27,064 nt of DNA from Octopus sinensis (taxonomy: Eukaryota). The stretch spans positions 1 to 27,064 of the forward strand of contig NW_021835598.1 of the NCBI RefSeq assembly GCF_006345805.1, in the 5' to 3' direction. Within the stretch, counting starts at the first letter, position 1, and every line of letters begins with the position of its first letter. Position numbers and translations under genes: made by a program. The notes beneath the pieces were generated by a model, which worked only from the letters and a program-made list of their open reading frames with translations, was not told the DNA's origin and ran no database searches. Positions 11,365 through 21,951 of this stretch are shown piece after piece.

Positions 11365-11525
11365 AGCGTAGGCTCGAAACGTTAAAGAGGTTTTTAACGT
11401 CCCGAGCGTTAAACTAATACATATGTTTGTTGTCTACACTACCTGTCTTCGTCTTTCGTTTTTTATTTTTGTTAATTCTCTCCCTATATATATATATTTT
11501 TTCGTAAACTCTCCCTATATATATA
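11365..11525 (+). mobile_element. Penelope-like terminal fragment with the 3' half of a hammerhead
   Basis: AGC-GTAG-GCTC-GAAAC-GTT-AAA, then a T-rich stretch ending in TCTCCC(TA)n twice. Confidence 0.45.
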
Positions 11526-11819
11526 GAGACACACACATACATATATACGTATGTGCGTGCATGGATTATGTATTTACGTATGTATGTATGTATGTATGTA
11601 TGTATGTATGTATATGATGTGTATGTGAGTATTTATGAGTCATTGTGTGTATGATTTTTTGAGTGTATGTTTGCTTGTATTCACAAACGACAAAGGAAAC
11701 ACCTACAAAACATAATATCCTGCTTTCACCATCTCACTGCGAGGAATTGTATAACATTTATTTCACAAAACAGCTCACAGATGTACCCAAAAAGAAACCC
11801 TACACACACACTCTCGCTC

Positions 11820-11823
<4 letters not shown>

Positions 11824-11873
<50 letters not shown>
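11824..11873. repeat. (CT)n microsatellite
   Basis: Seen directly. Confidence 0.95.
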
Positions 11874-11876
<3 letters not shown>

Positions 11877-12140
11877 AACGAATACGTATAAGAACAAAGT
11901 TGAAATGTACTTTTTATCAGTCCATTTTCATGTTTTTTTCTTTCTTTTTGCCCCTTTATCCTTGTTTGTCTTCTTGTATCTAGAATTGGGCAATAGTAAA
12001 ATACATAGAGCTGGAGATAGGTATGAAAAAATCCATAGTTAGAAGATGGTAATGGTGGTGACAGGGTAATACATTTTCCTGATGTCAACCTCTGTATTTT
12101 CTTCCTTCTTTACATTTACTTGCACCATTCTATCTTTCTC

Positions 12141-12179
<39 letters not shown>

Positions 12180-12243
12180 GTCTGTCTGTCTGTCTGTCTA
12201 TCTGCCTGTCTGTCTGTCTGTCTATCTGTCTGTCTGTCTGTCT
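12141..12243. repeat. (TCTG)n/(TCTA)n microsatellite
   Basis: Seen directly. Confidence 0.95.
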
Positions 12244-12544
12244 CTTTGTAAGGTGATGACACACATGTTACGTTTCTATAACGTGAAACTTCTTTCAGCT
12301 TCGCTTTAAACTTTCTATCTTTTTTCTCCCCGCCTGCCTCTCTCTCACTCTCTCTCACTCTCTCTGTCTCCCTGGCATAGTTGAAAAGACATAGACAGAT
12401 ATATTATTGCTGCATAGACAAAGAGAGACAGATGTAAAGAAAGAGAGAGAGAGGGGGGAGAGGAAGAGAGTGGTAGAGAGAAAGCAATCGAGTACTCAAG
12501 ATCTTGGTGATGGTTTAAAAACTGGATCAAAAGTTAACAACGGT

Positions 12545-12950
12545 CTTACACGAACCACATGGTTCCATGTTCAGTTCCACTGCGTGGCTCATTGAGCAAG
12601 TGTCTTCTACTATAGCCTCGGGTTGACCAAAGCTTTGTGAGTGGATTTGGTAGACGGAAACTGAAAGAAGCCCATCGTATATATGTATATATGTGCGTGT
12701 GTGTGTGTGCCTTTGTGCGTGTGTGTGTGTATATATATATTTGTGTATCTGTGTTTGTGCCCCCAACATCGCTTGACAACCGATGCTGGTGTGTTTACAT
12801 TCCCGTAACTTAGTGATTCGAGAAAATAGACCGATAGAATATGTAGTAGGCTTACTAAGAATAAGTCCTGGGCTCGATTTGTTCGATCGACTAAAGGCTG
12901 TGCTCCAGCATGGTCACAGTCAAATGACTGAAAGGAGTAAAAGAGTAAAA
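12545..12950 (+). mobile_element. SINE family B, 5' end degraded
   Basis: Body and tail match other copies. Confidence 0.88.
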
Positions 12951-13859
12951 AAAAAGAGAGTAAGTAAATGCAGATTTTCTCCAATTACTCAAAGCAATCC
13001 GTATTGAAAACGCATTCCTTCATTCTAAAATTGAATAACATGCCGAAATACATTAATAAAATATCGATCTCCAAATTCTTAATGATCTGTAACTAGCATG
13101 ATTCCAAAGGTCAGTTATCGATTCATTCTGCTTACAGGAGTTAGACGAAATAACGGTAAAATATTGTTAGTGGAAATGTTATTATTAAATACGGAGTTTG
13201 TCCACTGTAAGACGTCAAGAAATTGACTCGAACCGGTTCTGATCGGTTGTAATGGGAATTTTAAGACCTTCCTCAAGGAAGGAGATGATGGCAGAAAGAA
13301 GAGACTCTTCATATACCGTTCTAGATGGCATCGTAAATGTTCCATTATATGAAGACCCACTAATTATGAAGGCCATTAGAGGTGATCTGCATTTTGCTCC
13401 CTTCATAGCGATTTTGAATAGCATTAGCCGTGTGAATTAGTACATTGTTATCTTAAAAGATTGCACTACTATCACGGAAAAATGTTTGTACCATAGGGTG
13501 CACATGATTACCCAAGGTATTCAGATAATCCTTGGCGTAAAGTCTTCTATGAAGAACAACTAAAGAACTAAGAAAATTCTTTGATGTAACTAACCAAATC
13601 ATTACAAAATCATCTACATGGTTCCCGGTATGGGCCAGACCGTTACACTTGGAGGCTTCTTAAGCATAAATTCAACCCAAATTGGGGAAATAGGGTGAAT
13701 GATAATTCCTCTGAAAATATGATATTTAGCTATTGCCCACTTCTGATAGCCTAAATACCATGTTTTCCGCTTATTAATGTTGATGGGTGACAAAAGCAGT
13801 TTAGTTCTCCATAATCATATCCAACAAAAACGACATTGCTAAGCAGCCACTGAAAAGGC

Positions 13860-14781
13860 AAGATACATATCCCCAACCCACGACTATAACCGGAAAAGAG
13901 TTACACTCGGTGTTTGATAGGATATGGAGGATGTAGTCCGCATTGAGGTGCTTAACTAAAATGAAACACTTGTTGCAGAGAAGTATTGTCGTCAATTGGA
14001 AGCAGTGCATAAAAATTTACAGATAAAGTATCCTTCATTGATCAGATAGGCGCAGGAGTGGCTGTGTGGTAAGTAGCTTGCTTACTAACCACATGGTTCC
14101 GGGTTCAGTCCCACTGCGTGGCACCTTGGGCAAGTGTCTTCTACTATAGCCTCGGGCAGACCAAAGCCTTGTGAATGGATTTGGTACACGGAAACTGAAA
14201 GAAGGCCGTCGTATATATGTGTGTATATATGTGTGTGCGTGTGTATATGTTCCCTCCCCCACCAAACATCGCTTGACAACCGATGCTGGTGTGTTTACGT
14301 CCCCATAACTTAGCGGTTCGGCAAAATAGTCGATAGAATAAGTACTAGGCTTCCAAAGACGGTGCTCCAGCATGGCCGCAGTCAAATGACTGAAACAATT
14401 AAAATATTTAAAAAAAAGTCATAAGGGGATGTTGCTCTTATATCCGATAATGTAAGAACACATATTTCCCAAGTCACCCAGGAAAAGATTATGACACAAA
14501 ATACGGACGTTTTGCCTGAAACTGCTTACTCTCTTGACCTTGCTCATTGCAAAGTTATTTAGAAAGAAAATAATTAATTAATTGTGAAAAGATTACAAAT
14601 GATAATGAATGTTTCTTTGCTTCGAAACCTGAAGAATTCTTCGTTAAGTGGATCAACATTTTGTCAAATAGATAGGATTATGGTATCAATAATGAAAGGA
14701 AATATTATCGTCATTAAATATACCAAAGACGCATTTCTTTCCAATCTTGAAATTCAACAGGACTTTCTTTCCCAACTAATA
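13860..14781 (+). pseudogene. Decayed mariner transposase with 3' TIR, interrupted by a SINE
   Basis: Fragments RKRVTLGV**DMEDVV, KYCRQLEAVHKNLQIKYPSLI, DNVRTH, VLPETAYSLDLA (cf. mariner YSPDLAP) and FFASKPEEFF; ends in TIR-like ACTTTCTTTCCCAACTAATA. Confidence 0.8.
14048..14405 (+). mobile_element. SINE family B inserted in the mariner remnant
   Basis: Complete head GGCGCAGGAGTGGCTGTGTGG, B box GGTTCAGTCCC, tail CAGCATGGCCGCAGTCAAATGACTGAAAC. Confidence 0.9.
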
Positions 14782-14793
14782 TGTATTTATTTA

Positions 14794-15412
14794 AGGTGGT
14801 GAGCTGGCAGAATCGTTAGCACGCCGGGCGAAATGCTTAGCGTTATTTCGTCTGTCTTTACAATCTGAGTTCAAATTCCGCCGAGGTCGACTTTACCTTT
14901 CATCCTTTCGGGGTCGATTAAATAAGTACCAGTGACGCACTGGTGTCGATATAATCGACTTAATCCGTTTGTCTGTCGTTGTTTGTCCTCTCTGTGTTTA
15001 GCCCCTTGTGGGTAGCAAAGAAATAGGTATTTCGTCTGTCTTTACGTTCTGAGTTCAAATTCCGCCAAGGTCGACTTTGCCTTTAATCTTTTAGGGATCG
15101 ATTAAATAAGTACCAGTTACGCACTGGGGTTGATGTAATCGACTTAATCCGTTTGTCTGCCCTTGTTTGTCCCCTTTGTGTTTAGCCCCTTGTGGGTAGT
15201 AAAAAAATAGGTATTTCGTCTGCCGTTACGTTCTGAGTTCAAATTCTACCGAGGTCGATTTTGCCTTTCATCCTGTATTCCGCCGAGGTCGACTTTGCGT
15301 TTCATCCTTTCGGGGGTCGATAAATTAAGTACTAGTTGCGTAATGGGGTCGATTTCATCGACTGACCCATCCCCTAAAATTTCGAGCCTTGTGCCTAGAG
15401 TAGAAAAGAATA
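14794..15412 (+). mobile_element. SINE family A multimer (one head, tandem 184-bp body units)
   Basis: TATTTCGTCTG starts at 14844, 15028 and 15212. Confidence 0.9.
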
Positions 15413-15419
15413 TGTATGC

Positions 15420-15605
15420 ATTTTTGTGTGTCTCTTTGTGTTTGACACGAAAGTAGTACTTGGTTTGTTTACGTTACCGTAACTTAAAAGTTGGACAAAA
15501 GAGATCGATAGAATAAGTACCAGACTTAAGAATATAGACACTGGGGTTGAGTTGTTCGACAAAACCTTTCGAGACAGTGCTCCAGAATGGCAGCAGTGCT
15601 AAGAC
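15420..15605 (+). mobile_element. Diverged SINE family B 3' half
   Basis: GTTTACGTTACCGTAACTTA...GATAGAATAAGTACCAG...GTGCTCCAGAATGGC. Confidence 0.65.
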
Positions 15606-16046
15606 AAAAGCGGGGTAATGCGCATCGGCAAACACACACACGCACACACACGCACACACACACGCAATATACGTTTTAAAATCATAGCACGCTAAATCCG
15701 AACTTGTTTGAGTCTTGAAGACAAATTATGAAAAACAAGATAATTTCAATGAACGATGAAATGTCGAGTGTATTTGTTTATGCCACAAGTTCTTATAAAG
15801 TCAAGTGAACTGAGATTTCAGAAAATAATAATTACTAAATAAAATTAACTTTAAAAAAAAAAAAATTAAATCTAAGTTTCAATAAAATAATTTACTTTGC
15901 TTCTTTGCAATGTAAAATGTAGTTCAGGATTTGTCAATTGCCATAGCAACATAACCTGTATTTATTATTATTTTGGTTTGATTCCTGTTCGGTCTTATTC
16001 CTGGCAGGATTTATGTGTGTAACGCGTTACTACTTGTAACCCTAGG

Positions 16047-16486
16047 TATTATCATTATTATTATTATTATTGTTATTATTATTATTATTATTATTGTCAT
16101 TTATTTTTAATCTGCATGTTTGATGCAATCACTTGCCGGGGCACACCCAGCGCCCTAGGGCAAGTGAAGGTTAAGAGTTGTTGAAATATAGCTGAAAGCT
16201 TGGGGAGGGGAAGTAGAGAAATATCTCCATGTAATACAAACACAAACATTTACATTGATAGGGTTTTTCTAAGGATGTGGGCAGTACTTGTTAGCACAAT
16301 CTTTTGGATTTCCTTGAGACATGGGTCTCCAGGGATATTGTCTAGGTGTTTCTGACATCCCTTTTTTATCATACCTAGGGCACCTACAATAACAGGAACA
16401 GTTTTTGTTTTAAGATTCCACATCTTTTGTATTTCGATTTCCAGGTCCTTATATTTACTAAGTTTGTCAAATTCCTTTACAGATAT
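16047..16486 (-). mobile_element. 5'-truncated R4/Dong-like non-LTR retrotransposon: C-terminus of the restriction-like endonuclease region, 3' UTR and (TAA)n
   Basis: Open frame 16486-16250: ISVKEFDKLSKYKDLEIEIQKMWNLKTKTVPVIVGALGMIKKG...EIQKIVLTSTAHILRKTLSM*, with the K..KY..L and P.VGALG motifs; (ATT)n on both sides. Confidence 0.85.
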
Positions 16487-16507
16487 TATTATTATTATTA
16501 TTACTAC

Positions 16508-16559
<52 letters not shown>
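16484..16559. repeat. (ATT)n microsatellite
   Basis: Seen directly. Confidence 0.95.
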
Positions 16560-17070
16560 GAGTGAGAGAGCAGTGCATGCCATCAAAGTGACACTGGGGT
16601 AAAATATACGAAGCCCAGTATATCCATCATGACTACCCATCTGATAAGGGTACACCAGGCACATGCATCATAATCATATATGCGCGACATGGTGATCTCA
16701 TATCAAGATAAACAGCGAATGACCTTGCAGGTGGGGCCCAGTTAGAATATTCTTGTGGTCGAGTAGCCCATCCCGCTCAAATGGTCCCTGAATAAGGATT
16801 GTTTAAGGATGTTGAACGAAACACCCATGTTTCCAGAGTTGAATTATCAAAACCTCTAAGAATTCCTTTCAATACAGGGCTATGATGCTCCCCCACTACT
16901 TCTGATCACGATCAGAGATGCACAAATCGTCAGCCACTAAGGGACACGCTCAACTTTTATGGTCAAACAACTGACAAGCAAATCGGTGGTATTGAGCAGA
17001 GTATTTGCTGTAGCCCATCTTATATACCAAGACAAAACAATGTACATGATGACACTTCCAATCAGTTAAC
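16560..17070 (-). mobile_element. Unclassified probable retroposed repeat ending in (TAA)n
   Basis: Higher-complexity block with a sharp border at the (ATT)n tract; single copy here, so the class is not established. Confidence 0.3.
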
Positions 17071-17161
17071 AGCAAGCAGTCTAAGGTGACATTCGGTTAC
17101 TGATCATGCTTCAAGAACCAGTAAAAATGTGTCACCTTAGTCTGTGGCTGTGGACAGCTGA

Positions 17162-17199
<38 letters not shown>

Positions 17200-17213
17200 C
17201 CATCATCATCATC
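17162..17213. repeat. (CAT)n microsatellite
   Basis: Seen directly. Confidence 0.95.
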
Positions 17214-17215
17214 AA

Positions 17216-17600
17216 CATATTTTACTTCTCAGAGCTCTCGATTTTGCTTCGGTGAGAGCGGACAGCATCCTTTGGCCAAAGGTCTCACAGGGTCATCTCT
17301 TTCTACGAATTATAAGACTTGATTCCTAAATGTTACATATCGCGGAAGATACTTAACCCCCAAGTACCAATCTCAAAATCCTTGCTGTCCCCAATATAGC
17401 ATATTTTTGAGCATTGCACTGCCCTCATGCCAATTCCAATTTCTTTGACTTATTTCTCGAATCTGGTTGTTTGTGGTTCGAGTTCTCCTACAGCTTCTGC
17501 GACGATAGTTACTTTCTTCGTTGCCTGTATTCTTGCAGTTTTGTCTTTTTGCACCTTGCATTTTTTCGTCTTTTCGACCTCTTTGTCACAAAATGCGTCT
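17216..17600 (-). mobile_element. Older, degenerate R4/Dong-like 3' fragment
   Basis: CDKEVEKTKKCKVQKDKTARIQATKKVTIVAEAVGELE...RFEK*VKEIGI, frameshift, then AQKYAILGTARILRLVLGG* (stop at 17353-17355); aligns by eye with the 16250-16486 peptide. Confidence 0.7.
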
Positions 17601-17741
17601 GAATAAACATTGCCTGACAGCAAATAGAGACGCGGACATTGCCTAGAAAATATTTGTCCTTTTTAACCTTGTATATAGTACGCACTAGGGATTTTGACAT
17701 TTAAATTTTGGGGGAAAAATGCGAATTACACTCGAGGATTT

Positions 17742-17961
17742 ACGTATATGTTTGTGTGTCTGTGTTTGTCCCCTCCCCCAACATCGCTTGGCAACTGATG
17801 TTGGTGTGTTCACCTCCCCGTAACTTAGCGGTTCGGCAAAAGAGATCCGATAGAATAAGCACTAGGCTTACAAAGAATAAGTCCTGGGGTCGATTTGCTC
17901 GACTAAAGGCGGTGCTCCAACAAGGCCACAGTCAAATGACTGAAACAAGTAAAAGAGTAAA
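17742..17961 (+). mobile_element. SINE family B 3' half
   Basis: Matches the post-microsatellite half and tail of family B. Confidence 0.88.
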
Positions 17962-17972
17962 GGCTATATATA

Positions 17973-18005
<33 letters not shown>

Positions 18006-19655
18006 CATACATACACGCACACACAATACATACAGGTACACAAGACGTGTGCATTCTCAGATTAGTCTGGTCACATAATTTTGAACGTAAACTGTTATAC
18101 TGTGTAAGAATGGCGAAGGTTTTAGAGTGGTGGTGGGAGATGTATGAAGAACGCGGAGAGGGACCTGATAAACAAAAAGGCACGCAATACAGTATTCCAA
18201 CTTAGATAACTTGGTATACCTACTAAAATACTTGCATAAGAAACATCTTTTTTTTGTTTCGTTTGCTATTTTTGGTGAGTAGTTGTTGTAGAGATGAGAC
18301 TCTATTGATACCAGCATCCGACTTACTTTAAAATGGAGAGAAATGTTTCGCTATTTCATTTCTTCAACAGGTTCTATTGTTGTCTGTACAGATTATATTC
18401 TTCGATATTTAGCCTTTTCTCCGTTACCAACGGTAAAAATAAACAAACACACCACAAAGTCAAAACTCGCAACAATAACAACAATAATAACTACATCAAC
18501 ATTGGAATTAAGGATCGATAAATCATTGTTAATGTTCTATAGGGTAAACCTGTTATTAAAACATTTGTGAATAGCGACCTGTTCGAGAGATAACAATAAT
18601 ACAAAGAATTGAAACAGCATGGTTGGGAAAGAGAATAACAGTAATAGAAGCATCCAAACACAACTACCAATACAAGGATAACCAACATGGCTATAGAAAT
18701 CCCGAATGTAAAATATCTTTAGAAAGATGTGACTTCTTTAGAAATCTTGTATCTTGTGAGAAACTTACAGATAACTCGTATCTCTTCAATGAATATTCCA
18801 GTGCTAAAACGATGGAGAAGTCAGAGAAGCGTGTCTTTCCTTAATAAATATAAATCTCATGCGTCGAAAGAAAAAGCTACAGCATGCTAGGAATAACAGC
18901 GTAATCCCCTCCAAACATGCCCTCCCATTTTCGAAAAGAAAAGATACAACGCTTGATGCAATGCTGGTTACAGTATGTGTTTTCTGAAATGGGAGAGGCG
19001 GAGCTGGAGCAGCGTAGAGTGATGAAATTCTTTTATACAAATCTGCAAAAGCAGTATTGGGATGTCATTGGACATTGCCATATTAGGGCAAAACACCAAA
19101 ATTGATCAGAAGGCAATGACATTTACTTCTTCAAGGCTGCGGTCCGATGAATTAAGCAAATAAACCATAAAAGATATAGCAATATAACACTTATAGCTAA
19201 AATATTATTTGCTTGAGGGAACTGGGACATCAAATAACATGTACAGAAGCTTCACTATGCTCCAGAATGGAGTTCCATCGAAGATTGTAGATGATATTCA
19301 TGTAATATATGAAACACCAATCACATTTTGACCAGTAACACCAAAAATTTCGTGACCAGTGCTGGTGTGGAAAATGTTAGCTCTCAGAAATAGCTAATAA
19401 CCCGGACACTTACACAAGCGTGAACTTCGCTAAAGATACCTGTTTACCCAACTGACATATATTTTCATCGCCCTCAGTTGACTAATTGTCATAATGCTGC
19501 CCAATGCAGGTAGTCGGGTTTCGGAGAGAAGTATGAATATTAGAAACAACTTTGGGACCTAATAAAGGTCAATTTATTTGAATTTCAGTTATAAAATTGT
19601 TTCATTAGGTGCATTCTTTTCTGTCTTATAATATTACAATATCACAAAATATATA

Positions 19656-20068
19656 CTCTTGTACTCTTTTACTTGTTTCAGTCATTTGACTGCGGCCATG
19701 CTGGAGCACCGCCTATTTTAGTCGAGCAAATCGACCCCGGGACTTATTGTTTGTAAGCCCAGTACTTATTCTATCGGTCTCTTTTGCCGAACCGCTAAGT
19801 TACACGGACGTAAACACACCAGCATCGGTTGTCAAGCAATGCTAGTGGGACAAACACAGACACACAAACAGATACACACCCACATATACACACACATATA
19901 TATATATATATACATATATACGACAGGCTTCTACCAAATCCACTCACAAGGCATTGGTCGGCCCGGAGCTATACTAGAAGACACTTGCCCAAGATGCCAC
20001 GCAGTGGGACTGAACCCGGAACCATGTTGTTGGTTAGCAAGCTACTTACACACAGCCACTCCTGCGCC
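19656..20068 (-). mobile_element. Full-length SINE family B with TATA target-site duplication
   Basis: Boundaries defined by the uninterrupted paralogous site at 22505-22607. Confidence 0.92.
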
Positions 20069-20254
20069 TATATTGAATAAGAATAAATACCTGTAAGTGA
20101 TTAAAGGTCACAACAGTTGACATAACGCCAGCCATTTTAAGAGAAGTGGCGGAATGGGGTGGGAATCCATTGCATCAACCCCAGTACTTGATTGGTACTA
20201 TTTTATCAACCCTGAAAGAGTGAGAGGTGAATTCTGAAATCAGAAGTTAAAGAG

Positions 20255-20460
20255 CCGGAAGAGATGAAGTAATTGGTTCGGTGTAATTCGGCACTTCGTC
20301 CGTCTATACATTCTGAGTTCAAAACTACACTGAGGCCGACTTTGCATTTTATCCTTTCGGGGTCGATGAAATAACTATCAGTTGAACACTGGGTCCGATG
20401 TAGATCTCTCCCTCCAAATTTCATGCCCTGTGTATATTTCATGCTCTTTCATGCAGAAAG
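20255..20460 (+). mobile_element. Diverged SINE family A
   Basis: TTCTGAGTTCAAA...GACTTTGCATTTTATCCTTTCGGGGTCGAT; an opposite-strand fragment lies at about 20170-20225. Confidence 0.7.
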
Positions 20461-20569
20461 GATTATTATAAATAACGATGCCCCCGCCCCGCCTTTAATG
20501 TAGTGAAAAGAAGTTTGCTCAACGTGCGTTGCAATAGGATGAAGCAGAACTGAAACCTACTATAATCTG

Positions 20570-20942
20570 TCTGTGTGGTAAGAAGCTTGCTTTATAACCA
20601 CATAGTTCCGGGTGCAGTCCCACTGCGTGGCAGTTGGGAAAAGTGTCTTCAACTGTAGCCTCGAGCCGACTAAAGCCTTGTGAGTAGATTTTGTTGATGG
20701 AAACTGAAAGAAGCCCGTCATATGGCAGTCTGTGTGTGTATGAATTTCTGTCTATGTTTGTCCCCACATTCCCAATGACCACCGCTATTGGTGTGTTTAC
20801 GTCCTCGTAACCTAGCGGTTCCGCCAAAGAGTCCAATAGAATAAGTACCAGGTTATAAATCCCGGAATCGACTTCTTCGACAAGATCCTTTCAAGGCGAT
20901 GCTCCATCATGACTGCAGTCAAATGACCGAAACAAGTAGAAG
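20570..20942 (+). mobile_element. Diverged SINE family B
   Basis: Colinear with other copies from CTGTGTGGTAAG to the tail. Confidence 0.85.
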
Positions 20943-21460
20943 AAACTGTATTCACGTATTTAATCTACAAGCCCCTCCTGCAGACAACCTATTTCTTTGA
21001 GAGGAATACGGCCATAAACAAGACAATGAACGGATTATACTAATCTTATTGTCATATACTGAAATACATTAATTTTACATAATTATAAACATATTAGTGA
21101 ATATAAAAAGTTTACAGAATAGAGTAGTTTAGGACCATAAATGTTCAGCAAACAGAAACGTCACACAAATTTCATGGAATATTCATATTTGATAAAAACG
21201 AGAGACAAATATATAACATGCCATCATACGTATAACGAGACATATTTTGTCCATCATGTGTTGAGTGACTGATTCAATAAATTTAACATTTAGCACTATT
21301 AAGTCATCAACTAACACCGTTTGTTTTCGCACCTATCTTCTGTTCTAGAGGATAAATTTAATGTTCAGTACGTTAAATACGCTTACACTTACCAACAGCT
21401 CGCCAGGCGAACGATATTACTGATAATTCAATCTTTAAACTATTACATTCTTTTAAAAGA

Positions 21461-21462
<2 letters not shown>

Positions 21463-21499
<37 letters not shown>

Positions 21500-21582
21500 G
21501 TGTGTGTGTGTGTGTGTATGTGTGTGTGTATGTGTGTGTATGTGTGCATGTGTGTGTGTATGTATATATATATATATATATA
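21463..21582. repeat. (TA)n-(TG)n-(TA)n microsatellite
   Basis: Seen directly. Confidence 0.95.
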
Positions 21583-21687
21583 TTGATAGAAATGGCAAGA
21601 CAACAAAAAAATGAAAGAGACCTCAATATTATGTAAATAGAGGAATTTATCTGTAAATATAATATGTGACAGTTATTTGGTAGCCAT

Positions 21688-21749
21688 GATAAAACTCCAA
21701 GTTTCGGATGTCGGGGAGGGAAACCCACGCCGGCATCTCTTCAGTTATC
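21688..21749 (-). ncRNA. Type I hammerhead ribozyme with intact core (Penelope-like)
   Basis: GAUAA-CUGAAGA-GAUGCCGG[CGUGGGUUUCCCUCC]CCGACAUC-C-GAAAC-UUGGA-GUU-UUAUC: 5-bp stem I, long stem II, short stem III, GUU cleavage triplet. Confidence 0.75.
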
Positions 21750-21830
21750 GGGTCATCGATAAAAATACTATGAAAATGACCGTTAAAACAAAGGGAAAAT
21801 CACTGTGTGGTTGACCGTTATTAAAACAAA

Positions 21831-21951
21831 AGAGCTATTAGAATGACCGCTAAGTAAGGGGAGGGAGTAAACGTAAGGGAGTAAACTATGAACATTTTCA
21901 CTCCCTTGCATTTACTACCTCCCCTTACTTAGCGGTCATTCTAATAGCTCT
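21831..21951. repeat. 52-bp inverted repeat with 17-nt spacer
   Basis: 21831-21882 versus 21900-21951, three mismatches. Confidence 0.95.

Noticed and set aside
14048-14120. tRNA gene
   Set aside because: A and B boxes are present, but it is a SINE head continuing into the SINE body with no convincing cloverleaf.
14844-15400. Regularly spaced repeats as a CRISPR-like array
   Set aside because: Whole 184-bp units repeat with no unique spacers, there are no cas genes, and the context is eukaryotic.
16895-16932. CUGACGA on the minus strand
   Set aside because: No properly placed GAAA or stems I and III.
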